From Candidatus Woesebacteria bacterium (GTDB lineage Bacteria > Patescibacteriota > Microgenomatia > UBA1400 > PJMF01), in assembly GCA_050123235.1 (NCBI GenBank), contig JASFHL010000001.1:84651-148650 (forward strand): a stretch of 64,000 nucleotides of DNA. Reading direction: 5' to 3'. Of the stretch, positions 38,236 to 47,592 are shown piece after piece. Position numbers and translations under genes: made by a program. The first letter of the stretch is position 1, and every line of letters starts with the position of its first letter. The notes below the pieces were generated by a model. It made no database searches and was not told the origin of the DNA. It saw only the letters and a program-made list of their open reading frames with translations.

Positions 38236-40023
38236 ATGATTCGAAAACATAAATTGACTTGTCCATCAGATTTTAAGATGTTTAAAATTTATAAAATCTA
38301 TTACCGATTCCTATTACACTATAAAAAGCAGTTTTTTCTTTTTTTGATAGCGTTGGTCTCTTTTAGTATTTTTCAAAGCATTCAGCCCTATTTTTATAAA
38401 CTTTTTATTGATGCCATCCCTAGTGCCAACTATCAGCGCTTGTTTCAAATTTTAGCTATTTATATTCTAGTCAGGATATTGGAGCTAGTATCTGATGTTT
38501 TTACTCGTTGGTGGGGGGATTGCTTTCTGCTGCCAGCTGCGCGTGATGCTAGGTTGGCGGTATTTAAAAAAATCCAAGATTTAGATTTTGCTTTTCATCT
38601 TACTAAGAGCACTGGCTCACTGATTAGTGCCATCAAGAGAGGTGACCTGGCTTTTTTTAGTATTCATCATGTGATAAATATTCGGATTAGTAAAATAGCG
38701 ATTAGTTTTTTAGTAATTTTAATTTTTTTTAGTCAGATTCACTGGACTGTGGCCTTACTAATGTTGCTTTCTTTTGTTGTTAACTTGCTTGTAGCCTATT
38801 TTTTAGTTAAGAAGAATATCAAAGCTAGAAAAGAGTTTAATAGAGCAGAAGACAAAATTTCAGCCATTATAGTTGATAATTTGCTTAATTTTGAAACTGT
38901 GAAGTTATTTGCCAAAGAAGATTTGGAGTTGAAACGTCTCAAAAAGCAATTTGAAAATTGGTTGGCTAGATTATGGAGTTATGCTAATTCTTTTCGCTTT
39001 ATTGATGTGTCAGTAGGTGGTATAGGTAATCTGGCTTTATTTTTTATTTTGCTTTTTTCTTTGAAAGAAATGGCAGCTTTAAGATTTACTCCAGGAGAAT
39101 ATATTATGATTCTAGGTTTTATCAGCACTTTTTATCCTAGATTTTTTGAATTAATTTATGAAGTAAGAAATCTAGCTAAACATCAGGTTGATATTCAAAA
39201 ATATTTTTCTGTTTTAAACAAGAAGACTTTAGTTAATGATCCAGCTCAGCCGGTAGAGAAGGCGAGTGTTAAAGGGGAGATTGAATTCAGAAATGTTTCT
39301 TTTTCCTATCCTGAAGGTAAACAAGATGCTTTGAACAATATTAATTTACATATTCGTCAGGGCCAATCAGTGGCTTTTGTAGGGCATTCAGGAGTAGGAA
39401 AGACTACAATTGCCAAACTTTTAATGCGTTTTTATGATCCAGAGCAAGGTGCGATTTATCTAGATGGCATTAATATTAAAGATTTTACTAAAGACAGGCT
39501 GCGTTCTTTTATGGGCGTAGTACCTCAGGATCCAATTTTATTTAATAACACGATTGCTTTTAATATTGCTTATGGCGCAGATAATGTGACGCAAGAGGAA
39601 TTGATTGCTGCCACTAAGATGGCAAATTTGAATGATTTTATCGAAACTTTGCCTAAAAAATATGAAACCCAGGTGGGGGAAAGAGGAGTCAAGCTATCTG
39701 GTGGGCAAAAACAACGCCTAGCTATTGCCAGGATGATTTTGTCAAATCCAGACATTATTATTTTTGATGAAGCTACTTCGCAGCTTGATTCTGAGTCAGA
39801 AAAGAAGATTCAGGATGCTTTTTGGAAGGCAGCTAAAAATAAAACTACCTTGATTATTGCGCATCGTTTATCTTCGATTGTCAAAGCAGAGAAAATTGTG
39901 GTCATGGAAGAAGGGAGTATTAAAGAAATAGGTTCTCACAGAGACTTGTTGACTAGAAAAGATAGTTTGTATAGTAGGTTTTGGCGTTTGCAAACCATTG
40001 CTACAGCAGAATTTCCGTCTTGA
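38236..40023 (+). CDS. ABC transporter, fused permease/ATP-binding (type I exporter, MsbA-like)
   Basis: Six TM helices then Walker A GHSGVGKTT, signature LSGGQKQR, Walker B IIIFDEATS, H-loop IAHRL. Confidence 0.85.
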   Translation: MIRKHKLTCPSDFKMFKIYKIYYRFLLHYKKQFFLFLIALVSFSIFQSIQPYFYKLFIDAIPSANYQRLFQILAIYILVRILELVSDVFTRWWGDCFLLPAARDARLAVFKKIQDLDFAFHLTKSTGSLISAIKRGDLAFFSIHHVINIRISKIAISFLVILIFFSQIHWTVALLMLLSFVVNLLVAYFLVKKNIKARKEFNRAEDKISAIIVDNLLNFETVKLFAKEDLELKRLKKQFENWLARLWSYANSFRFIDVSVGGIGNLALFFILLFSLKEMAALRFTPGEYIMILGFISTFYPRFFELIYEVRNLAKHQVDIQKYFSVLNKKTLVNDPAQPVEKASVKGEIEFRNVSFSYPEGKQDALNNINLHIRQGQSVAFVGHSGVGKTTIAKLLMRFYDPEQGAIYLDGINIKDFTKDRLRSFMGVVPQDPILFNNTIAFNIAYGADNVTQEELIAATKMANLNDFIETLPKKYETQVGERGVKLSGGQKQRLAIARMILSNPDIIIFDEATSQLDSESEKKIQDAFWKAAKNKTTLIIAHRLSSIVKAEKIVVMEEGSIKEIGSHRDLLTRKDSLYSRFWRLQTIATAEFPS

Positions 40024-40163
40024 TTTCCGTTTTGAAAAACAAAATGATTTTGTTGCTTAAAACGAAACACAATCGCCGTCGTGATTTGCCATTAGCGCCC
40101 TCGCTTAGGGCGCGCTAGGCTGCCAGATGCTAAAATCATTTAACTATAATAAAATAGCTATCT

Positions 40164-41333
40164 ATGCTTAGTTGCGCCATTGTCGGCTTACCAAACGTTG
40201 GTAAATCTACTTTATTCAACGCTTTACTTAAAAAACAATTGGCTTTAGCGGCAAATTATCCCTTTGCCACTATCGAGCCCAATGTAGGTGTAGCTGAAGT
40301 GCCAGATGAAAGGCTAGCGGTCTTAGCCCAAATAGTAGCAAAGGCAGAAATTAGTCCAGCAGCTAATCTTTCAAATGCAACTGCCTCGTCACCATCTTCC
40401 CAAGCTAAAGATAATAATTTTCCTCCCATTAAACCAGCAGTAGTTGAATTCGTAGATGTAGCTGGCTTGGTACGCGGGGCTAGCAAAGGAGAAGGGCTAG
40501 GTAATCAATTTTTGGCGCATATTAGAGAAACAAATTCCATTTGTCATGTACTGCGAGCTTTTAGCGATGAATCAATTTTGCGAGAAGGTTCGATCAGTCC
40601 AAAAGAAGATCTAGCTACTATCCGCACCGAACTACAGCTGGCAGATTTAGCTACTTTAGACAAACAAAAGGAACCCAAAGGAGCTGCTGGTAAAGAAGAA
40701 AAAATGCGTTGGCAAATTATTCAAAAATTCAAAGAAAAACTAGAAAAAGGAATAAATATTATTTCAGAGCAATCATCTCAAAATCTTAGCGAAGAGGAAG
40801 CGAACTTAGCTAAAGAACTTTGCTTGCTCACTGCCAAAAAAGAAATTTTTGTGATCAATGTAGATGAGGAAGAACTTAAGAATCAAGCAGCCATTATTAA
40901 GCAGTATGTCGAAGAGTTAGATGTCAGAGCAGCACAAATAGTAGTGGTCAGTGCCAAAATAGAAAGTGAATTGGCAGTTTTAGCAGAAGAAGATCAACTG
41001 CTTTATCTCCAAGACTTAGGTTTAAAAGAGAGTGGTTTGGAAAGATTGGCTAAGGTGGCTTATCAGACATTAGCTTTGCAGAGCTTTCTCACAGCTGGTG
41101 AAAAAGAAGTTAGAGCCTGGACTATTAAAAAAGGCAGTACGGCTGTTCAAGCTGCAGCTGTGATTCACAATGATTTTGAAAAAAATTTTATCAAAGCTAA
41201 GGTAGTTAGTTTTGATGACTTTGTTTCCTTAGGTGGCTGGCCTGGAGCGAAAGCCAAAGGTAAACTAAGGTTGGAAGGCAGAGATTATGTGATGCAGGAA
41301 GGTGATGTTGTAGAATTTATGGTGGGGAAATAG
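40164..41333 (+). CDS. ychF: ribosome-binding ATPase YchF (Obg family) with internal insertion
   Basis: G1 GLPNVGKSTLFNAL, G3 DVAGLV, C-terminal TGS domain (VRAWTIKKGSTA...); about 25-aa low-complexity insertion after G1. Confidence 0.85.
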   Translation: MLSCAIVGLPNVGKSTLFNALLKKQLALAANYPFATIEPNVGVAEVPDERLAVLAQIVAKAEISPAANLSNATASSPSSQAKDNNFPPIKPAVVEFVDVAGLVRGASKGEGLGNQFLAHIRETNSICHVLRAFSDESILREGSISPKEDLATIRTELQLADLATLDKQKEPKGAAGKEEKMRWQIIQKFKEKLEKGINIISEQSSQNLSEEEANLAKELCLLTAKKEIFVINVDEEELKNQAAIIKQYVEELDVRAAQIVVVSAKIESELAVLAEEDQLLYLQDLGLKESGLERLAKVAYQTLALQSFLTAGEKEVRAWTIKKGSTAVQAAAVIHNDFEKNFIKAKVVSFDDFVSLGGWPGAKAKGKLRLEGRDYVMQEGDVVEFMVGK

Positions 41334-41411
41334 TGGAGTTATTCCGCAGGAAATCTATTTTTTAATATGTTACAATATCTGCTCGACTAATTAAAAATAA
41401 CAGGATTTTTT

Positions 41412-41741
41412 ATGAAGATTGTCAAAGAACTGATTAAAAGACAGTATGAATTAACTTTTTTGATTCCAGCAAGCTATACAGCAGCGGAATTGGCTGATAC
41501 AAAAAAAGAGCTGGAAGCTTTGGTTAAAAAATATAAAGGTAAGATTTTAGAACAAGCAGAATGGGGTAAGAAAAGCCTAGCTTATAAAATTAAAAAAGAA
41601 GGTAAAACTTATGATGCTGCCTTTTACTTTCATTGGCTATTAAAATTTGAAAGTAATAAAGTGCAAGAATTTGAAAAATTTTTATATCTAAATCACCATG
41701 TAATTAGACATTTATTAATAGTTAAGGAAGAAGAAAAATAG
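41412..41741 (+). CDS. rpsF: 30S ribosomal protein S6
   Basis: YELTFLI ... EWGKKSLAYKI parallels S6 YEIVFMV ... DWGRRQLAYPI; rpsF-ssb-rpsR synteny. Confidence 0.8.
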   Translation: MKIVKELIKRQYELTFLIPASYTAAELADTKKELEALVKKYKGKILEQAEWGKKSLAYKIKKEGKTYDAAFYFHWLLKFESNKVQEFEKFLYLNHHVIRHLLIVKEEEK

Positions 41742-41888
41742 AATTTAACTAGGTTCATGTAAAATTGATTGCTATGTCAGTTTTTAAAAATTTTGCTAGC
41801 AATTTAATTCATGTTACACTTAATGTAAGAAATAATAAGTAGAATAAGGGTTAGTATAAATTTTAACTCTCAGAAAGGATTGAAGACT

Positions 41889-42413
41889 ATGTCAGTCAGG
41901 TCACTTAACAAAGTAATGCTTATTGGTAATTTAACAAGAGATCCGAATCTTCGTTATACCCCTAGTAACACAGCGGTTTGTTCTTTTGGTTTAGCCACTA
42001 ATCGATCTTGGACTCCTAGTGATGGTGGGGAAAGACAAGAACGGGTAGATTTTCATAATATTGTTGCTTGGTCTAAATTGGCTGAGATCTGTGGTCAGTT
42101 ACTACATAAAGGTGATAAAGTTTATGTTGAAGGTAGAATTCAAACTCGTGATTGGAAAACTGAGGCTGGTGAAGATAGAAGAGTTACTGAAATTGTGATT
42201 GATAACATGATGTTACTCAGTTCATCTAGAAGTAGGGCTGGATATCAAGCTGATGATACAGCAGACGATAGCGTAGCTGATGATGTAGTTGATGATAGTG
42301 CTGCTGACGATAGCACTGCCAGTGATGATGATACATCAAGTAAAAAAGGTCAAAAAAAAACTAAGAAAAAAAAAGTAGAGGAGGAAGATATAGCTGATGA
42401 CATTCCATTTTAA
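41889..42413 (+). CDS. ssb: single-stranded DNA-binding protein
   Basis: OB fold LNKVMLIGNLTRDPNLRYTP, acidic C-terminal tail ending DDIPF. Confidence 0.9.
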   Translation: MSVRSLNKVMLIGNLTRDPNLRYTPSNTAVCSFGLATNRSWTPSDGGERQERVDFHNIVAWSKLAEICGQLLHKGDKVYVEGRIQTRDWKTEAGEDRRVTEIVIDNMMLLSSSRSRAGYQADDTADDSVADDVVDDSAADDSTASDDDTSSKKGQKKTKKKKVEEEDIADDIPF

Positions 42414-42450
42414 GGCTTAGATAGTTATTAGTGATCACAAATTTATAATT

Positions 42451-42684
42451 ATGAAAAAGAAACAAAAGCGAAAGCCAAGGATTCAAATTAAACCTATGAA
42501 GTTGGATAAAAGCATTACTTTTTCTTATAAGAAGTATGACGATTTATTTAAATTTATTTCCTCTCAAGGGATGATTGCTTCTAGAGTAAGAACTGGTTTA
42601 TCACAGAAAAAACAGAAACAACTAGCTTTAGCTATCAAAAGAGCCAGACATTTAGCTTTGTTACCATTTACTCAGACACTCTAA
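42451..42684 (+). CDS. rpsR: 30S ribosomal protein S18
   Basis: KKQKQLALAIKRARHLALLPFT matches S18 [20 protein letters not shown]. Confidence 0.85.
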   Translation: MKKKQKRKPRIQIKPMKLDKSITFSYKKYDDLFKFISSQGMIASRVRTGLSQKKQKQLALAIKRARHLALLPFTQTL

Positions 42685-42837
42685 AACTAGTGGCTAAATA
42701 GATTCTTCACTTATTTCGCGACAAGTCTAATATCTGTTTCCACTTAGTTTTTTTTGCCTTTTCCCTTATAATAAAATGATTGTGAAATAAAAAAAGGTCT
42801 TTTATATCTCTATCTCACAATCACTCTAATAAATTTT

Positions 42838-44103
42838 ATGAAGATTAAATTATCCACCATAAGAAATACAATTGTTTCCTTCTTGTTGGTGATTCTAGGC
42901 GGTATCTTGGGATTTCGCTATGCACAAACAGGTTCCTTACCATTGGGTTTAAAACTACCCTTTGTTTCTGCCATTGGCTCAGAAACTAGTCCCTTAAGCA
43001 AGGTACTAGGAAAAGAAGCTCCAATAGAAAATTCTGAAGTTAACTTTGCTGTTTTTTGGGAGGTTTGGTCGCTCTTAGAGAGAGAATATCTAGATTCAAC
43101 AAAAATAGATGCTGAAAAAATGGTCAACGGAGCAGTCTATGGTATGACTTCCTCGTTGGGTGATCCGTATACTGTTTATCTCGCTCCTGAGGCTAATCAG
43201 CGCAGTGGCGAGGATTTAGCAGGTAGTTTTTATGGTGTTGGGATTGAATTGGGTTATAAAAATAATATTTTGGCAGTTGTTTCCCCTTTAGATGGAACTC
43301 CGGCTAAGTTAGCTGGTGTTCAGGCAGGAGACTTAATTTTGCATGTCAAAGATTTAGATAGAGGCATTGATGAAGATACTGCAGGCTGGTCATTGACTCA
43401 AGCAGTGGAGAAGATTCGTGGTCGCAAAGGAACAGATGTAATTTTAACTTTATTTAGAGAAGGGCAAGATAAACCTTTTGATTTGGCCATTACTCGTGGT
43501 GAGATCATTGTCAAGTCAGTGACTTTAGATTTTGTTGAACATGCTGGCAAGCGAGTGGCCTATCTTAAATTATCTCGTTTTGGTGAAAGAACTGAAGCTG
43601 AATGGGCAGAAGCAGTGGCTCAAATTTTAGCACAAAGAAATTCTATTTCCGGAATTGTTTTGGATATGAGAAACAATCCTGGTGGTTATTTTGACGTCTC
43701 AATTGATATTGCTAGTGACTTTATCAAAAAAGGAGTTGTGGTTAGTCAAAAAGGAAAATATCGATCAAAAGATTTTTATCGGAAAGGTCAAAGCAATTTA
43801 GCTGATTTACCTTTGGTAGTTTTGGTTAATAGGGGTAGTGCTAGTGCCTCTGAAATTGTAGCTGGTGCTTTGAGAGATAACTTAGAAGTTAAATTAGTGG
43901 GTGAAAGAACTTTTGGAAAAGGCACTGTTCAAGACAGACGAGTGCTGTCTAATGGTGGAGGAGTTCATATTACTATTGGGAGATGGATGTTACCCAAAGG
44001 TGAATGGATTCATGAAGAAGGAATTCCAGTTAATGTGGAAGTAAAAGATAATCTTGATACCGAAGCAGATGAAGTTCTATTAAAAGGGATTGAAGAGTTG
44101 TAA
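42838..44103 (+). CDS. ctpA: carboxyl-terminal processing (tail-specific) protease, peptidase S41
   Basis: PDZ domain GVGIELGYKNNILAVVSPLDGTPA..GDLIL and S41 catalytic region LVVLVNRGSASASEIVAGALRD. Confidence 0.8.
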   Translation: MKIKLSTIRNTIVSFLLVILGGILGFRYAQTGSLPLGLKLPFVSAIGSETSPLSKVLGKEAPIENSEVNFAVFWEVWSLLEREYLDSTKIDAEKMVNGAVYGMTSSLGDPYTVYLAPEANQRSGEDLAGSFYGVGIELGYKNNILAVVSPLDGTPAKLAGVQAGDLILHVKDLDRGIDEDTAGWSLTQAVEKIRGRKGTDVILTLFREGQDKPFDLAITRGEIIVKSVTLDFVEHAGKRVAYLKLSRFGERTEAEWAEAVAQILAQRNSISGIVLDMRNNPGGYFDVSIDIASDFIKKGVVVSQKGKYRSKDFYRKGQSNLADLPLVVLVNRGSASASEIVAGALRDNLEVKLVGERTFGKGTVQDRRVLSNGGGVHITIGRWMLPKGEWIHEEGIPVNVEVKDNLDTEADEVLLKGIEEL

Positions 44104-44116
44104 TAAAAGGAGCAAG

Positions 44117-45979
44117 ATGAAAACTGACTTACCCAAACAAGAGTTGGATACAGCATCCCGCTCTTCATTTAATTCTGATTTAAATAATTCCGCAAAAGAA
44201 GAACATCTAACTTGGAAAAAAAAGCTGATTTTAGCTGCTGTTTTATTTCCTATTCTTTTAATTTTAGCCTTTATTATTCCTAAAAAACTTGATATCTCTA
44301 GATTGACTGATGGACTTAAATTTGGAGAAAAAATTGATGATTGGCAGTTTGAAGCGCAAAAAGAAGAAACTAATGGCAGGATGGGGGGAGTTTTTTCTAC
44401 GTCAAAAACTGCAGTAGAGATGGCAGCTCCGGCTGCTGATTTTGCTGATGAGAGTATTGGCCTGTCTACTGGTGGAGCCAAAGACATCAATAATTTCAGA
44501 GAAAATATTGAAAATAATTATTTACCTTTGCCCACAGATATCACTTATGAAGGTCTATTTTACGATTATTTTTTTGACACAGGTGAGAGTTATGAGTGTG
44601 AACAGCTATTTTGCCCTTCTTATAATATGGCGGTGACAAAAGATCCTTTCTCAGGTCAGGAAGAACATTATTTAGCAGTGGGCTTAAATTCAGGGATGAA
44701 GGAAACTAATTTTGAAAGAAAAAAATTAAATTTAGTAGTGGTTTTGGATATTTCCGGTTCAATGAGTTCTTCATTTAAAAAATACTATTATGACCAAAGT
44801 ACTGGCAGTAGAAGATTGACAATTACTCCTATCCCAGAAGATGAAGAGGAAGCTAAAAGCAAAATGGAAGTAGCCAACGAATCGATCGTAGCTTTGTTAG
44901 ATCACCTTGAACCAGATGATCGTTTTGGCATGGTGCTGTTTGATAACACAGCTTATTTAGCAAAACCGCTGCGTTATATAGGGGAAACAAGGATGGACAG
45001 TCTTAAAAAACATATTTTGGAAATTAAGCCACAGGGTGGTACTAATATGGCCGCAGGCATGAAAGAAGGTTTAAAACTTTTAGAAGAATTTAAGGATGTG
45101 GATCAAGATGAATATGAAAACAGAATTATTTTTCTCACAGATGCCATGCCCAATACTGGTGAGACTAGTGAAGATGGTCTCTTGGGTATGAGTAAAAGCA
45201 ATGCAGCAAATAAGATTTATAGTACTTTTATTGGCATTGGGGTTGATTTTAATACTGAGCTAATTGAATATATTACTAAGATCAAGGGTGCTAATTATTA
45301 TAGTGTTCACTCTGCAGCTGATTTTCAAAAAAGAATGGATGACGAATTTGAATATATGGTTACACCCTTGGTTTTTGATCTTAAATTAGAACTAGAATCA
45401 GCCGCTTATGAAATTGAAAAGGTTTACGGTTCGCCAGAAGCTAATGAGGCTACTGGAGAAATCATGAAAATCAATACGCTCTTTCCGTCTAGTAAGGAAG
45501 GTGGCGAAACTAAAGGAGGTTTGGTCTTATTAAAGTTAAAGAAAAAACCTAGTGCAACAGATTCAGTAGTTAAATTAAAAGTAAGTTATCAAGATCGTAG
45601 TGACAAAACAGGAGGAGAGGAAGTAACAGCTGAGTTATCTAATCAATCGGCAGAATTTTTTGATAATACTGGTATGAGAAAGGGAGTCTTGCTTGCTAGA
45701 TATGCCAATCTAATCAAAAATTGGATTAATGATGAAAGAAAAGCTGGTAGAAATAGAATGATAGTTGATTATTCTGTGAGTATGGAAAAGGGAATAGCTT
45801 TGCCAGAACCGATTGATCAATTGGGACAATGGGAACGTCAGTCAATGACACTCAGAGTTTCAGGACAGTATCGAGAGCTGTTTAAAGAATTTAGAGGATA
45901 TTTTATAGCTGAAATTGAGGCAATTGGCGATGATAGTTTAGAGAGAGAAGTGGGGGTTTTAGAGAAACTGAGTCGTTAA
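44117..45979 (+). CDS. von Willebrand factor type A domain membrane protein
   Basis: MIDAS motif VVVLDISGSMSS (DxSxS) plus downstream T and D residues; N-terminal TM; start at ATG 44117 avoids overlap with ctpA. Confidence 0.7.
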   Translation: MKTDLPKQELDTASRSSFNSDLNNSAKEEHLTWKKKLILAAVLFPILLILAFIIPKKLDISRLTDGLKFGEKIDDWQFEAQKEETNGRMGGVFSTSKTAVEMAAPAADFADESIGLSTGGAKDINNFRENIENNYLPLPTDITYEGLFYDYFFDTGESYECEQLFCPSYNMAVTKDPFSGQEEHYLAVGLNSGMKETNFERKKLNLVVVLDISGSMSSSFKKYYYDQSTGSRRLTITPIPEDEEEAKSKMEVANESIVALLDHLEPDDRFGMVLFDNTAYLAKPLRYIGETRMDSLKKHILEIKPQGGTNMAAGMKEGLKLLEEFKDVDQDEYENRIIFLTDAMPNTGETSEDGLLGMSKSNAANKIYSTFIGIGVDFNTELIEYITKIKGANYYSVHSAADFQKRMDDEFEYMVTPLVFDLKLELESAAYEIEKVYGSPEANEATGEIMKINTLFPSSKEGGETKGGLVLLKLKKKPSATDSVVKLKVSYQDRSDKTGGEEVTAELSNQSAEFFDNTGMRKGVLLARYANLIKNWINDERKAGRNRMIVDYSVSMEKGIALPEPIDQLGQWERQSMTLRVSGQYRELFKEFRGYFIAEIEAIGDDSLEREVGVLEKLSR

Positions 45980-46023
45980 ACCCTGCCACTTAACTGTGAG
46001 CCTTAGAACCATTTAGTAAGAAT

Positions 46024-47031
46024 TCACTCTCCTTGTTTCTCCAATTCAGCTCTAAGAGTAGCAACTACCTCCTCCAAGTCTCCCTCTAAAATTGTTTCAA
46101 GTTTGTACCAGCTCTTATTGATTCGATGATCAGTGACTCTATTTTGAGGGAAGTTATAAGTTCGAATTTTTTCTGCTCGCATATTACGGCCGATCCCACT
46201 TCTAGCTTGACCGATTTCTTTCATCTTTTTTTCTTCTTCAATTTCCCATAGTTGTGATCTAAGCAGCTCTAGAGCAATTAAGCGGTTTTGAGCTTGTTTA
46301 CGTTCTTGGCGGGCTACTACTACAATGCCAGTTGGGTTATGAGTAAGGCGCACAGCACTGCTAGTTTTATTGACTGATTGACCACCAGCGCCGCTAGATC
46401 GCATAAATTGCCAATCAAGATCTTCATCTTTGATAGTGATGGCTGTGGATGGGACTTCTGGTAAAACTGCTACCGAAGCAGTTGAAGTATGAATTCTACC
46501 TTGAGATTCCGTCACGGGGATGCGTTGTACTCGGTGGACACCAGTTTCATATTTAAACAATTCAAAAGGATAGATAATTTCTTGACCATTTGTCATCGAA
46601 TTAGAATTTATAGCTAGGTCAGAATTTTCTTCTGAAGATTTTTTTTCAACAGTTTTAATTTCTGTTTTGCCACTGACTTTAATTACTAGATCATCAATAT
46701 AGCTTACATTTAAACCTTTGCTTTCACAAAATCTTAAATACATGCGCAACAAGTCATTAGCCCAAATCTTAGCTTCATCGCCACCAGCTCCGGCTCTAAT
46801 TTCAATAATAGCTTTAGATTTGCTGGTTTGGTGAGTCCCTGGGCCAGCACTAGTTGATTCTCCAAACTCTGCAGCAGCTTGCTCTAGACTTTGTTTTTGA
46901 ATTTTTAACTGATTAATTTCTTCTTGAGCTAAAGCACTAAACTCAGGATCAGCTAATAATTTTTCTGATTCTTTTATTTTGTTTTCAATTTCATCTATTT
47001 GAGCTTGATAAGGATTTTTTATTTGAGACAT
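46024..47031 (-). CDS. prfA: peptide chain release factor 1 (with about 35-aa insertion)
   Basis: GGQ motif SGAGGQSVNKTSSAVRLTH and PVT (PxT, RF1-specific) motif; likely start ATG at 47031 (ORF track GTG at 47058). Confidence 0.9.
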   Translation of the reverse strand: MSQIKNPYQAQIDEIENKIKESEKLLADPEFSALAQEEINQLKIQKQSLEQAAAEFGESTSAGPGTHQTSKSKAIIEIRAGAGGDEAKIWANDLLRMYLRFCESKGLNVSYIDDLVIKVSGKTEIKTVEKKSSEENSDLAINSNSMTNGQEIIYPFELFKYETGVHRVQRIPVTESQGRIHTSTASVAVLPEVPSTAITIKDEDLDWQFMRSSGAGGQSVNKTSSAVRLTHNPTGIVVVARQERKQAQNRLIALELLRSQLWEIEEEKKMKEIGQARSGIGRNMRAEKIRTYNFPQNRVTDHRINKSWYKLETILEGDLEEVVATLRAELEKQGE

Positions 47032-47044
47032 AATTTGCTTTATT

Positions 47045-47175
47045 GATAATTTTACCACTACTACGGATAAACATTGGAGCGTTGAAATGAGGTTTGGAAA
47101 GATCAGAGGTAGATACTTTACTCACTTACTATTGATATAAAATAAAAACCTGGAGGCGAAGTCTTAAAAATTTAG
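47045..47175. repeat. degenerate copy C of the palindromic intergenic element family
   Basis: CTACGGATAAACATTGGAGCGTTGAAATGAGGTTTGG closely matches CTACAGATAAATATTGGAGCGTTGAAGCGAGGTCTGG of copy B (rc); second partial core CTGGAGGCGAAG. Confidence 0.4.
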
Positions 47176-47183
47176 AGTAATCT

Positions 47184-47537
47184 TTATTTTTTATCCTCTG
47201 TACTCTTTGTTTTATTAGCAGCCTTGACTGCTTGTTTTTGTTCTCTGAGAATTTCTTGATAAGATTTTGAATCGTCTTCTTGTTTTTTAGCTTTCTTTTT
47301 CTTTTTAGCTTGAGCATCTGATTGTTTTTTTGTTTGAGCTATTTTCATTTTTTTCATAAATTTATCAACTCGACCTTGTCTATCAACAAATTTCATTTCT
47401 CCAGTAAAGAACGGATGACAGTTACTACAAATATCAACATGTATTGATTTGAGACTCGAACCAGTAGTAAACTGATTACCACAGGTACAAGTAACAACAC
47501 AATCGTCGTGCCAACTAGGATGTAAGTTTTGTTTCAT
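47184..47537 (-). CDS. rpmE: 50S ribosomal protein L31 with lysine-rich C-terminal extension
   Basis: MKQNLHPSWHDDCVVTCTCGNQF...CSNCHPFFTG (L31 C4 zinc ribbon + HPFYTG motif); about 45-aa K/A/Q-rich tail. Confidence 0.8.
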   Translation of the reverse strand: MKQNLHPSWHDDCVVTCTCGNQFTTGSSLKSIHVDICSNCHPFFTGEMKFVDRQGRVDKFMKKMKIAQTKKQSDAQAKKKKKAKKQEDDSKSYQEILREQKQAVKAANKTKSTEDKK

Positions 47538-47592
47538 AAGAAAAGTATTATAGCACGAAAATTATTAAAAATTATCTTAAATAAAGCAGTCT

